Shown in pieces: positions 39,299 through 52,790 of a stretch of 64,000 nucleotides of DNA; the first letter of the stretch is position 1; every line of letters begins with the position of its first letter. The stretch is taken from assembly GCA_964016885.1 (NCBI GenBank), contig OZ024742.1, positions 245,086,001 to 245,150,000 of the forward strand, given 5' to 3'. The notes below the pieces were generated by a model. That model was given only the letters and a program-made list of their open reading frames with translations, was not told the DNA's origin and searched no databases. A program made the position numbers and the translations under genes. Source of the DNA: Eledone cirrhosa. Taxonomy: Eukaryota.

Positions 39299-39507
39299 CC
39301 CTTAGCATTTATATTACTCTATATTTACTATCATATTTTCATGGTAAAGGTTTTATCTCACATAAATATCTCACATAATATTGAATCTACGAGATTTTGA
39401 TATTATTTATTTTGAGAACAATACCTTAACATCAGTATGAGCAGCTGGTTACAGCTGGTTTGAAAAGAAAGAGGTGAGAGAATTCTGGCCAGTTTAATAC
39501 TAAAGGG
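39299..39507 (+). mobile_element. TTAA MITE copy (TSDs degraded)
   Basis: Body matches the family. Confidence 0.8.
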
Positions 39508-39575
39508 TTCTATTCAGTGCTGATATAAGTATCTTCTGCCAGAAACCCAGAAAATTCAATTTCTATATATTAGAT

Positions 39576-39716
39576 CAGGCATGTCAAACTGACGGTCCCC
39601 AAGGGCCACATGGGTCACATTTTTTTTATATACGAAGATAAAACATGCTCCCGCTGTAAAAACCTTTGTGCAGGCCGCAGGTGTGCATGTAAAGGGCCGC
39701 ATGTTTGACATGCTTG
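39576..39716. mobile_element. hAT (Charlie-like) MITE
   Basis: TIRs CAGGCATGTCAAAC / GTTTGACATGCTTG; perfect 8-bp TSD TATTAGAT at 39568-39575 and 39717-39724. Confidence 0.9.
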
Positions 39717-40889
39717 TATTAGATGTTACATTTATTAAGACCATTTTTATATGTTGTTACATTTCCTCTATTCTCAAAGAAGAAAGGAATTGCAGATTTA
39801 ATTTTTAAATTAGAAATTATTAGATCATGAACCATCTTCATATTCTGTGTCGTCCTCAATTCTCTTTCAAATTTTCCTACTTCATTACATCTCAATATGC
39901 ATACCCATACTATGCAGCTCTCTTTAATCCTCTACTCCAAACATTGCACATAAATACTTACAATGAAGAATGTCTTTTAGCTTTTTAAATCTCATGTGTA
40001 CACTAACTTAAAATTGCATATTAAGTGAATCGCTGCCACTCACCCTTAATCATTCTGATCCAAAAGGAGTTTTCAAAGATGTTATATGAAATAAAAATAA
40101 ACAGCTTCCTTACCACTGTGATACAATGAAAGAAGGAAACAATTTCATTTGCTTCTAGTATCATATGTGTACGTATTGAATAGAGAAAGAACATTGGAGT
40201 TTAGCAGATGATAAAATGATTTCCATGTGACAGTTGGCCAGCAGGTATGTGAGAAAGTAACTTTAGAACTGCAGACTTCAGAACAAATATTGGTAGAATC
40301 TTTTTATAATGTATATTCTATTTAAAACAAAATAACGCTCTTAACCATAGCATTGATATAGAATAGTGTTGAATATTAAATTCTTTTGTTGTTAATTCTA
40401 CTAGGTATGAATATTCAGTATTAAGTTTTAGGTTAAGGTGGTCTCTAAATAATAATTAAATCTCTACATAGTATAACATTTATGATATGACATTGTTATT
40501 CTTTCTCTCTATTGAAAATTACAAAACAAATCTGTCTTGTACATCTGGCTGACAAAAAGTGGTTGATGAAAAATTTGAGAAAACAAAACTTTTAATCTTA
40601 TATAAACTGAAACATCATGAATTATAAGTGGGGCTTGATCTTGATCACTCAGTTAGACCAGAGCAGAGTTAAGTACTTTGTTTTTGGCACAACACAATAG
40701 TAGTAATATTTGAACTTATGACTATGTAGTTAGTAGTTCTGCACCTTAACTTCAGCCGGTGTGTCTCATAACATTAAAAATATTAAAAGCAAAAAAAAAG
40801 AACAGAAAAAAAACTTATGAAATGATGCACACAATTTATAAGCTAGGTTTCAACACAAATTGCATTATTTATACTTAAAACACTACAGG

Positions 40890-41190
40890 TTGGCCCTAGG
40901 GCCACCTCCCTACTCAGAGTTGGCTTCCCGCAGGTGTGAGCCTTGCAAACAGGAATAGCTCTTTCAGCGCATCTCCCTCACCATCCTCAGGAGAAACGCC
41001 TTCTCTATTCTATCCCCCGAGGCCATGGGGTGGCCAGTCTGCCATGGCCATAGGGCAGCCAGTCCGCTGTGGCTGTGGGGTGGCCAGCACATGGGCCTCT
41101 ATTTGCTTACAATAGTGAAAGATGGGGAGAGATGGAGGCGGTGACTGTGGGAGTTTAGTTCTTTAGTGTTTGGACCTGGTGTATATATGT
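40890..41190 (+). mobile_element. Second CRE-like 3' fragment
   Basis: LASRRCEP...LFQRISLTILRRNAFSIL plus a 3' UTR shared with 22790-22890. Confidence 0.65.
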
Positions 41191-42550
41191 ATAAGGAGAA
41201 TTAATTTTCCTTCTGTAATCTTTTAAAATTACCTTTCTGTATACCTACATCTGTCCATTAGATACTACAAACATTTGAATAAATAGGAATAAGGTTTCTA
41301 TAATTCATAGAATACTATATAATTACGAAAAACATCAGGAATGCAAAACACAGAAAACAGTCTAAAATATGTTATGAATATATTTCCTTGAAGAAGAAAA
41401 AGAACAGTTGTAGTATTCAGACACATTTATTTTTAATCCTTAGTCTTATATCATCCAGATTTTCAGTTTCCAGTTTTCAAATTGAAATTGAAAGGTCACT
41501 ATTAATTATATTTGCTGACATTTCATTGAACTAGTGATTGGTTTAGTTTTATTTCAGCCAAGTTTCACTTGTCTCAACTAAACTTGTAACAATTTTTTAA
41601 GGTGTTGAATTGGCAGAATCATTAGAATGTTAAATAGAATACTTTGTTATATTCGTTCCTGTTCTCTGAGCTCTGAGTTCAAATCCTGTTGAGATTAACT
41701 TTGCCTTTCATTCTTTCGAGGTTGATAAAAAAAAGTACAAATCCAAATTCTTTCTCTATTTCTCTTTCTCGCTTCTTCTCTTTCACTCTCAACAGTCGAT
41801 CAACTTTTGTCAAATTGGACCGAGGAAACAATGTTTCCATTGGTCTTTCCAATTGCTAATACTCTCTATTGGTCGCAACTCCAGGTGGAAGGAACAACAT
41901 GAAAGAAAGTGTCTTGCCTAAGGACATAACACATCACCCGGTAGGGAATCAAACTCACAAGCTCACGATTGTGAATCTAATCCTCTAACCACTCAGCCAT
42001 GCGTCTTTCACTCTATAATAATAATAATAATAATAATGAAATTATTGCGTACAGTGCTCAGGTGCTCTCCTTTTCTGGAAGAAACCAACCAGGAGACGGG
42101 ATCGGTTCCACCAGGTGTAAATTATCCCTATGACTCTATAAGGTCTATACATATATCTACATTGCTAACACCATATAATGAGGGAATAATTACATATATA
42201 GCTGATCTCAAGACATCATTTCATGTATAATAAGTGCCACTAACCACCCATTAGGTGTTTTACTCCATAATAAATGTATCTGGTTCCAAGATTTTGCTTT
42301 ATAGTAAAAGAGATACTATTTGAGAGAAAACCATTGTTATCATTATCATTTATCATCTGTTTTCCACTCCCTAGTTAAATTTAATCAATGTCTTTGTCTC
42401 ATAGTTATTTCAGTTCTATATCTTGTTTACATTCGCAAAACCTCATTTACATGCATATGTACATGTGTGTATGTATATATGTATAGTCCCGTAACCCCTG
42501 ATAGTCGTAGGGGTGCCGTATTGACATATGGCATTGCTTGGGCAATTTAA

Positions 42551-42770
42551 CCCTTTAGCGTTCACATTACTCTATATATACTATTGTATTTTCATGGTAA
42601 AGGCTTTACCTCGCATAATTATCTCACATAATATCGAATCTATGAGGTTTTGAAAGTATTTATTTTGAGAACAATACCTTAACATCAGTTTGAGCAACCA
42701 GTTACAGCCAGTTTCAACAGAAAGAGGTAGAGAATTCTGGCCGGTTTTGGCCGGTCTGAACATTAAAGGG
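42551..42770 (+). mobile_element. TTAA MITE copy
   Basis: TTAA 42547-42550 and 42771-42774. Confidence 0.9.
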
Positions 42771-42889
42771 TTAAGCCTGACGGAGCCCATCCCTCTCCAG
42801 GCCTGAGTACAGTAGATTTCTTCCAGAGAAAGACAGAAAGTGAGAGAGAGGCAACGAGAAAGAGATATAGAGGAAGAATCAACCCCAGT

Positions 42890-43219
42890 ACTAGACTGGT
42901 CCTTTCTTTATCGACCTCGAAAGGCAAAGTTGACCTTGGTGAGATTTGAACTCAGAGAATAGAGAGCCAGAACAAATACGATAAAGCATTCTATCCAACG
43001 TGCTAACGACTCTGCCAATTTGCTGCACCGGGCGGTGGATTGGCAGTATCGGTAGAGGGTCGGACGCCATGCTTTCCAGCATAGTTACGTCCCTTTACGA
43101 TCTGAGTTCAAATCCCGCCGAGGTTGACTTTGCCTTTCATCCTTACGGGGTCGATAAAATAAAGTACCAGTAATGCACTGGGTAATTGCTGGCCTTGTGC
43201 CTAAAGTAGAAACAATTAT
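42890..43219. mobile_element. Head-to-head SINE pair: related family B (-, 42890-43025) and family A (+, 43031-43219)
   Basis: Shared core gagttcaaat..cc.agg..actttgcc in opposite orientations, heads about 5 bp apart. Confidence 0.8.
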
Positions 43220-43454
43220 GTACATGTACACATGTGCATACACACAGACACACAAATACAACATAGTTTTGATTTTGTATAGCTAACTACAACAGATTTT
43301 GGATCTATTGATACATTATTTTTCTTGGTCTCCACTCCTCTCTTTATCTTTTATATATACACACCTGCAACTGCACTTGTGTTCAAGGTTCAGGCTTGCT
43401 GCACCCCAGGTTCACCAATGCCTTGTGTGTGGAATTTGGTAGATGCAAACTGTG

Positions 43455-43810
43455 GAAACTTGTCTTGTATGTGTGTGTGTGTACTTGTCTTGTATGTTTC
43501 TGTGTGTGTGTACGTGTACTTGTCTTGTATGTTTGTGTGTGTACTTGTCTTGTATGTTTCTGTGTGTGTGTACTTGCTTTGTATGTTTGTTTGTGTGTGT
43601 ATGTGTACTTGTCTTGTATGTTTGTGTGTGTGTGTACTTGTCTTGTATGTTTGTTTGTGTGTGTACGTGTACTTGTCTTGTATGTTTGTGTGTGTATGTG
43701 TACTTGTCTTGTATGTTTCTGTGTGTATGTGTACTTGTCTTGTATGTTTCTGTGTGTGTGTGTACTTGTCTTGCATGTTTGTGTGTGTATGTGTACTTGT
43801 CTTGTATGTT

Positions 43811-43841
<31 letters not shown>

Positions 43842-43860
43842 TTATGTTTATGTCTATGTC
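43455..43860. repeat. Minisatellite gtacttgtcttgtatgttt(gt)n, ~28-36-bp units
   Basis: About 12 variable-length units. Confidence 0.9.
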
Positions 43861-44474
43861 TGTATTCATGTCCCATAACTTAGTGGTTTGACAAAAAAAG
43901 ATTGATAAAACATGTACTGGGGTCAATTGTTCAACTAAATAAAGGTGGTGTCTCTGCATGACCTCTAAACCCACCCCACTCTGCAGTCTAATGACTGAAA
44001 CCAGTAAAAGAGTTCCATTGCTCCTGATATATATATAATTTTGATAGGTTTCGGCCAGTATTGGCCCAGGTCATGTCTAACTTAATAGCACCATATACCA
44101 TATAAACTCAAATATAACTCAATTCAAATATAAGTCCCCACCACCCCATTTTGTGTCTGAGAAATATGCAAAAATCCAAACCTCCATTTATAATCTGGTG
44201 AAAATCATCAACATTTTGACTGTGAATATAAGCCAGACGTCCCGCCTCCTTTACTATCGATTTTTTGGTGACACATGGTGACATATTCTTAAGCTTATCT
44301 TCAAGTATATACGGTATTTATATATATATATATATATATATGTGTGCGTGTGTATGTGTGTATGTGTGTGTGTGTGTTAAGTATTTCTGTAGAAAAAGTA
44401 AAGGAAAGAAGAGTGCTCTATGTATGTATTGTACAGAGCTGCTGTACTCAGGCCTGTTGTTTATTATGTAATTA

Positions 44475-44522
<48 letters not shown>

Positions 44523-44860
44523 GAGAATCGGGGCCCAATAGCTGACCTCTTGCTGTTTTGACAGCAAATTCCAGACTTAAAACGGCAAGAGCTCAGCCGT
44601 CAGGCCTCGACTCTTTAATATATTTACATTCTACTATCCCTAGTATCGAGTACTCTCACTACTTTAAAACTCATATAATCCTGATCTATCTATCGATCTC
44701 TCTCTCTTTCTGACTCTCTCTATCAACAGTTGATCGACAAGATCCCAGACCTCATTCACTTAACGAGTGGGGTGGAGCTTGTCAAATCAGACCGAGGAAG
44801 CAATGTTTCCATTAGTCTTTCCAATTGTAAATACTATCTGTCGGTCGCAAATTCAGGCAG

Positions 44861-44941
<81 letters not shown>

Positions 44942-45064
44942 CGAAGGAGGTGTGGTAAGGAACCAGATGGATCATAACACACAAGAGTACTCAATACTTA
45001 GGGATATATATATATATATAACGAACTAAGGAAAAAATTAGAAATAAGAGGGATCAGATGTTGT

Positions 45065-45683
45065 TTACTCGAGAGAAGGCTACGTTGGTATGGTCACGTG
45101 ATGCGCATGAAAGACGACAGCTGTATAACAAAGTAGCAGGGCAATAAAGATAGATGGTAGCCACGGAGTAGGCAGACCCAGAAAAACCTGGGACGAGCTG
45201 ATAAATTCCGACCTCACACACTTACACCTCTCCAAGACAATGTCACTGGACCGAGACCTTTGGCGGTACTCAGTAACAGAGAAGACCCGCCTTACCTAAA
45301 TACAAAGTAAAACCTACTACAGTCAGTAGGCATCTCTAACAAAATACACCCCCGTCCCACCACCCCCACCTCATCCACACCACCCCTTTCAATGCAAAGT
45401 TATGTTGGTGCCACACCATCCAGGCCGAAACAAATGAGATCGTGTAGGTGTCACGACAAAAAAACACACAGTCCACGCTGTAATGTGGCCGTGTAGGCAA
45501 CACGGTAAAAACCTCCCAGACCCACACTGTAAATGTGGTTGGTGTTAGGAAGGGCATCCAGCTGTAGAAAACCCGCCAGACAGTCCTATGCGAGCAAGAC
45601 AACCACTCATGCCTCAAGTGGGAAAACCCCCGTCCAAACCCATGCAAGCGTGGAACGCGGACGTTAAACGATGATGATGATGA
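45065..45683 (+). mobile_element. RTE LINE 3' end with a long 3' UTR (same architecture as 20668-22420)
   Basis: RRLRWYGHVMRMKDDSC..., then 48-bp-type units, ggttggtgttaggaagggcatccagctgtagaaa and a (GAT)n tail. Confidence 0.85.
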
Positions 45684-46023
45684 TATATATATAAAACAAA
45701 GAGGGTGTGGTAAGATACCAGATGGACCATAATGTACCAGAGTACTCAATACTTAGGGTAGTAGAGTGGGTAATAGGAAAAGAGCCAGGACCCCGATGGC
45801 TGAGCTCCGGTGGCTGTTTCGACAGCTAGATCCTGAATCTTTTCCTATATATATATATATATATATATAAATGAAGAGTGATACACACACACACAGGGGG
45901 AGAAGAGGACACAGTAGAGAGAAGCAAAGACAGTAAGAATAAAGAAGATCCAACTACAACTATCAGCTGCTGAGTGTTTGGTGTCCAACAAGTGTGTCTA
46001 GACATGGTTGTTCTATCTATGGT

Positions 46024-46055
<32 letters not shown>

Positions 46056-48439
46056 GCTGCAGGCTGTTTTTTATCCACACTCTCTGTTGACCTACTTAAC
46101 ACTGCTGTCTACATTTAGCCTGCCACTATACAACCCACACTTTCCCACACTTCTTCAGCTTATCTTCCCCACCTCTTCTTTCTCCTATATTTTCTGTTAT
46201 ATTATTACATTAGTGTGGGTCTTTTTTTATACTCTTTCTCTGTGCTGTTTTCTAAGATGTCCAAATTGATTGTATGTCACGTATATAAAAAAAAAAACCC
46301 TACAGATAATATCTCACTAGAGAACTGACCCAAATAATTAACTGTTCTTTCTCTAGCCCTCATACCACCCTACACAAACTTACTTCATCTAACTACTCCA
46401 CCCAGAGTATGAGTGTTAGAAAGTGTTATGTAGGTGATAGCATATATAATCATTAGAACATGAAACTGTTAAGGTACTCTCATAGATAGACACTAACAGG
46501 TCAGGGTTAAAAAAAAAAAGGAAGCATTATTAGTCTGAGTAACGTTATCGTTTCTGACTAATAACTATGGGAGTTATGGGAGATAACTCTGGAAGCATGC
46601 CACAATTTTTATTCTTTTTATGGCTCCTCTGGGAATTTTCTTTATAATTTGCCAAAATACTTATAAAAAATTATTTTTCGTTACTTCACCCAAACAAAAT
46701 CTTTACCATTTACCTCTGCACATAAACTCCCTCTTTTGCCCAGGACTCTCTAAACTTCTCTTTACTATGAATGTTAAATTGCTTCTACATTGTCATCTTC
46801 CACAGTTATGGCACATCTTGCCTTAAACACTTGTTAGATTGTTGAAGTGAACGTGACCCAACAGGTTACAGGTAGTCTAGTATAAAATAAAAATATATTT
46901 TCCAGCAGTAAATTTAATTTTTAAATGCTGTAAGAGAACTTTAAATAGCTCTCAGTGAAGTATGTGTAGAACATGGAGTATAGTCAACAGTTTTTGATGT
47001 CAAAACAAATTAGAGGTTAGATAAATAAGAATGTATGTGAAAGAAGATATAACATGGAACAAACAGATGAAAAATATTGTTCTTCAAAAATAGTAATTTT
47101 GATCAAAAAGAAAGTCGTTATGATGTAATAAATAACATTATAAGTAAATCATGTTCTTAATTGTCAAATAATTGATTATTTGAAGGTATGTGGCTTTGGG
47201 GTTAGAGGACTGGGCTCACAATCCTGAGGTTGTGAGTTTTATTCCCAGACTGTGGGAAATGCATTGTGTCCTTGGGTTAGACACTTTATTTCACATTGCT
47301 CCAGTTCACTCAGCTGGAAAAAAATAAGTTGTGTTGTTGCTAGTACCAAGCTGTATCAGCCTTTGTCTTCCCTTTAGAGAACATCAGAAAGGGGAACTGG
47401 TATGCATAGGAGACTGCTGGTCTTCCATAAAAACATGTTGTACTTTAGATGAGAACTTTCTAGGTGCAAACCCATGGTCATTTGTCACATGATACTGATT
47501 GCAATCTGCAAGCTCAAGCAACTGGTAGACATTTTTGAAGTTCTCTTGCTGTTTTTTTTTTTTTTTATTTACTGATAGAAATTCTATTTATATTTTATAT
47601 AAAAAAATTATTCTATATTTAAAATTAAATTATTTTACAAAATACTTTTTATATTCTATGAAAAGACATTTTGATAAAGTGTCATTCACTAAAAAATAGT
47701 TCACTAAATTACTGTTTGAAAAATTATTCAATAAAAAATGGCTTTTTATAAAAAGGTGTTTGATAAAATATCAGTTGAGTTTGGTAAAGGACCTGTATGG
47801 TAATTAAGAAATGGAGGGAAGAAAGTTTATTTATGAAATTAATTCACAATATAATTATCATGTTGATGATCTATAAACAGTATATTTTGAAACAGAAATT
47901 GAGGATTTGTGTTTTAGTGCTAGTGGCCTGTTTTCTAAACTTTGAAGGTTTATCTCTTATTTATTATTTTTTTCATTTATGTCACATCTTTGTAAACCAC
48001 TTTAGGATATTGAATTTCGATCTCTTCAGAAAATTGTTCACAAAGGTAGATTTCATTATGTTGATTATTAGTTATGATTGTTTCAATAGAGTCTGACTTA
48101 ATATTGGTCTGTTGCCAAGGACTATCTGCATAAATTTAGGGAATGTCTGCTCATCTGGCATGTTTCAATTATTAAAGTGTTGAAGTTACAAACAAAGTTA
48201 AATATAGTTAGGTGTGGTGTAGGTTGTGGTTAGACAGTGACTAATAGAACCAATTGGAGCAGAAAGAGTCAGTCAAGGGAAAAAGAAGTGAAATGTATTT
48301 CAAGAGTCAGTTAGGCAATTAAGGAAGTAAATAAAGTGATTAGCTTATGTGGGTCATTTAAGATGGAAATTATTTCAGCTTCTATACTAGTTGGCTATTT
48401 GGGGAATTGTGTAAAAAGGCCCGACTAAATTGTCAATAT

Positions 48440-48700
48440 TGAACTCACCTGCAGTCTGGTTTGTGACAACCATGCAAACCATATACAGAGCTGCCGTCAG
48501 TAAGTAAGAGTTAATCAGTGAGGAATTTAGTTTGCAGGTTGGTGTACATCAGAGTTCAGTTCTCAGCCTCCTCTTCTGTATAATACTCCTCTAGGCCATA
48601 ACAGACTGATTGTCTTACTCCTATAATATGATGACCTACTACTATTAGCTGAATCAGGCAAAAATTTAGGGAGGAAATTTCAAATTTGGAAGCAAAATCA
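48440..48700 (+). mobile_element. Decayed RTE RT fragment
   Basis: gaggaatttagtttgcaggttggtgtacatcagagttcagttctcagc = EEFSLQVGVHQ(G)SVLS, matching the 16962 RT. Confidence 0.65.
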
Positions 48701-48904
48701 TGGAGCCTCACAATAGTGTGGTGAAAAACTTTGATTAATTGACATTATCATTGCAATGAGAAGACAAAAATACCCACAAAGGGACTGAGCCATATGTTTA
48801 TTCAGCATGTAGTATGTTTCCCTGCTCTATTTTCCCTCAGCCCTATTATTATATATATAATAGGGATGAGAAAACATAGAGCAGGGAAGCATACTGCATG
48901 TTAA

Positions 48905-49124
48905 CCCTTTAGCATTCACATTACTCTATATGTACTATTGTATTTTCATGGTAAAGGCTTTACCTCACATAATTATCTCACATAATATCGAATCTATGAG
49001 ATTTTGAAAGTATTTATTTTGAGAACAATACCTTAACCTCAGTTTGAGTGACCGGTTACAGCCAGTTTCAACAGAAAGAGGTAGAGAATTCTGGCTGATT
49101 TTGGCCAGTTTGAACATTAAAGGG
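48905..49124 (+). mobile_element. TTAA MITE inserted in one arm of an older palindrome
   Basis: TTAA 48901-48904 and 49125-49128; removal restores catgttaaataaacat, complementary to atgtttattcagcatg in the left arm. Confidence 0.9.
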
Positions 49125-49257
49125 TTAAATAAACATCGGACAGGGTTTCTTTTGGGATATTTTTGTCTTCACAATGTTAGTTAAAGAAAGTTTTTCAGCT
49201 CTTTATTATATCTATATTAACCATCTCTATGGTTTACTAACTGAGGTGAACATGCAT

Positions 49258-49330
49258 TGCTGAAGAGATCTAATAGAATCAAAACATGTCTGTTACTGTC
49301 ACTAGTTGATTTTAAAGACTAGATATATGT
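49258..49330 (+). pseudogene. Degenerate copy of the 1966 hammerhead-bearing repeat (GAAA mutated to AAAA)
   Basis: ctgaagagatctaatagaatcaaaacatgtctgtt...ttttaaagactagatata aligns with ctgaagaggtctagtaagactgaaacatgtctgtt...ttttaaagaccagatata at 1968-2035. Confidence 0.5.
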
Positions 49331-51184
49331 TTAACAGCATTGTATTTATTTCTCCCAAATTTTAATTAGCTGATATTGGAATTATTTTCCTAGCTTCTTG
49401 TTTTAGATTTTAAGCACTCATTGTATTACATATGTGAATCATGAGTGTATGTATTTTAAGATATATTAGGCCACAGACATGCTAATTTTATCTACCCATG
49501 CCAGCTACTCCCACTTAGCAAAGAGGTCAGTTAGATGGCCCTTGAATAATATAATTATTACACTCTAATCACACCATGTTGTATTTCAGCAAGTATTTGT
49601 AAGAAACCCAACAAAAGCCCACTTTATGATAATATCAAACAAACTCATGTGAATAATCCTTCAGATACTGTTAAATAAGACACCCACTTTAAACTTATAT
49701 AGCAATCTTTGTGAAATATTCTTTTAACATATTGACGTTAGATATTCTATATGGCCTCTTTTCTACTATTACATATTTATAACTGCTACCTATTCACAAA
49801 CTCTAGATTTATGGAAATACTAACCATAAATGACTTAATAGTAAGTTTTTATGTCCTTTTTGTATGTAATTATATTTCTATAAATGTTTTTTTCTATAAA
49901 TGTTTTTTACAAGTCTAAAGTTGAAGTTTCTCAGACATCTTTGATGTATGAAACTTTTTAGAATGTGATTATTGTTCAGATTAATTTTGTGATCTTAGAA
50001 AATTCTTTCTTTACTTCTTACTATGTTATCTTGAAAAGCTTACATTGATATGCTGCATATAGAACAAGCATTTTTATCAGAAATGTGTTTTAGTCAGCAA
50101 CATATGTAGGCTAAGTATACATTCAATATGAACATAACTTTCAATATCTTTGTAGCTATGAAAATAGTGTTGAATATTGTTTGCCTTTGGCATTCCAACT
50201 GGGGTATTTTTCTCCAGATATAGTGTATCTAGGACTACATTGTTTAATGTATCCTTCCTTTGTTAAAAGGGTAGATGTAATTTGAAAGAGATTTTATTGC
50301 TTATTTTAGCAAGTTTAGTAACCACATAGTTCAGTAAACTCTTGTTGGCTCAAATAATGTTAGTGATGAAGCTTAGGGAGTATCCAATGTATTATACACC
50401 AACTACATAGATTGGTACAGACATCGGAATTTATAGAGGAATCAAAACATTTGTGACTGGATGACTGAAATGGAGCAAAATGAATCCCACAGTCTACTAA
50501 AATGGATTTAGTTTATATAGAGCTTACTTTATTGTTTGACCCCTGACATAGATTACATATAAATTGGAAAAAAGAATGATGATAGGGTAAATAGAAGCTG
50601 GATGCATACATTGATATATTTCTTCTCTTTCCCAAGTAATCCTGCCACATGGAGTAGATAGATATAGTTGAAGCTATGTAGTGGCTAAGTCAATTAGCAT
50701 CTTAACTAAAGTCTATAGAGGTGTCATTTGAACACTGTAAAACTGGTTTGAGGCTGATAAGCAAAATTTAAACAGCAGCAGGAGTTTAAGAACCTATTGA
50801 CTTTACTTTCGGACTTTAAGTTTATTTCTGAATAGATATTCTCTATAACTACCACCTAAACCACTACAGCCACTTCCTCTTTAACCATTCCCAGTACTAT
50901 TATTATTATAAAGAGACTTATCTTTACTTACATACAAACACATACACCGACACCTACACACATGCACACTCACCAAACACATATATTAACCATTAAAAAG
51001 ACAAAGTAGAAGGTTCATGCCACAATCAAACTCATATATTTAAAAATACAATAGGATATTCTCTCCTTTAGACAATTAACCAGCACTTGTGTATTTGTAA
51101 TGATAAATTGCATGGTGTATAAGCTTCAGATTAGGAATCAATAAAACAGCATTTATATGTTGATAGTTAACATTATTTAGAAAA

Positions 51185-51407
51185 TGGTGGATTGGCAGTA
51201 TCGGTAGAGGGTCGGACACCATGCTTTGCCGCATAGAGTTACGGCCCTTTATGATATGAGTTCAAATCCCGCCGAGGTTAACTTTGCCTTTCATCCTTAC
51301 GGGGTCGATAAAATAAAGTACCAGTCACGCACTGGAGACAATTTCATCGACTTTTCCCTCCCCACCCCCAAATTGCTGGCCTTGTGCCTAAATAAGAAAC
51401 CATTATT
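51185..51407 (+). mobile_element. SINE family A copy
   Basis: Matches the family A consensus. Confidence 0.85.
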
Positions 51408-51894
51408 TAGAAAACAGTTCACACACAAAAAATAATTTGATAATGTCTGTGTCAGAAATTGTATTGAAAATTTACAAAATAAGTTGGAGAAAATTGGTTT
51501 TATTAGACCATTTCCATTGCATAGTTGGTATAGTTTTGTAAAATATATCAACTGTGTTTCTTTATTGAAGAATTTACTATTGAGTTAGAAAAATGTACAT
51601 AATCTTTGTTTCCATTTTTTGTGTGTTTAATGACACAGACATGTGGAAATATCTATACTAGATCATGTGTATCATTGTAACATTGTGTGTATACAGGTCT
51701 GAAAGTAAATATAGTCCAGCTATTGTGGTAAACAACATTGAAAGAGCTTCCTTCAATAAATATGCAGCAAATGAATTGTTTGGCACTGGAATTCTCCCCA
51801 CCCTCCTCCTCCTAATCATCATCATCATCATCATTTATACATTTGTTTTCCATGCTTGTCATCAACATATAGTATTTGTTATGGATGACTGTTC

Positions 51895-52790
51895 TTAAAT
51901 TTCTCTGTTTAAGGCCAAGAGAGCTACAATAAACAAGAGTGGGCTGTGAACAGCCTGCACACTAATTTCTTCACTAAACTTATTGTCATCTCTCATTTTG
52001 CAGACACAATTTCTGTACATGACTTGCACTGCTCTCACAAGCCATTCATCTGTCCCTAGTTTTTTTTTTAAGAACACCAGACCACAGATCAACAAAAGCT
52101 AAAATATAGTGGCTTACTCTTAACTAGGAACTTTGCATGCAGTTGTCTCACAAAGAAGAGAGCATCACTGAGTATGGTGCAATCATGTATTTTCTAGTTA
52201 ACTATGCAAGTGATTAGTTTGAGCTCTACTTTGCCAGATATTATCAGCATTTCAGTGACTATCTATGGTAGTATATCTGCCTTTCCCTCTCTCATATCCT
52301 TAATGGCTTCTTTGACCATATAGCTGTTGACTTTGACAGCTAGCCCCCTCTGTTGGGTTTACTGTGGGTAGTCAGTCTTTCTCTCACGCGTACTTCACAT
52401 TCAACAACCACACATAATAACATTTCCAGATCTCTTCTTCTAAGTGTCAGTGAGGCTAAGTGCACCAGTGTCATTGCTCAACAACATCTTGATTCATGCT
52501 GAAACACTGCATGCCTTCGATCCTCTCAATGCAGAATACTGCAAATCCTCTTGCTTTCAGCTTCTCTCCATGCTATATAAACCTGATATTCCAATCTACA
52601 TGATATTGTTCTTTGTTGCCCATCTTTCTTCCAGTATTTTCAAGTCTCTCTTTTAGCTTTTATGGCTCTGTACTATTCCACTACCATGTCACCTTTTATC
52701 TGGCTGGTACCTTGTGTCAACCACATATCTCATAGCTCACAACAGGATGTTTCAATGAAACTTTCAGTTGCCGTTTATGTCATAGGGAAC
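51895..52790 (-). mobile_element. Decayed RTE RT/tether fragment
   Basis: KKLGTDEWLVRAVQVMYR...FSEEISVQ; by eye similar to 17250-18400. Confidence 0.7.

Noticed and set aside
43325-43974. Overlapping 146-194-aa ORFs on both strands
   Set aside because: GT-rich minisatellite artefact.
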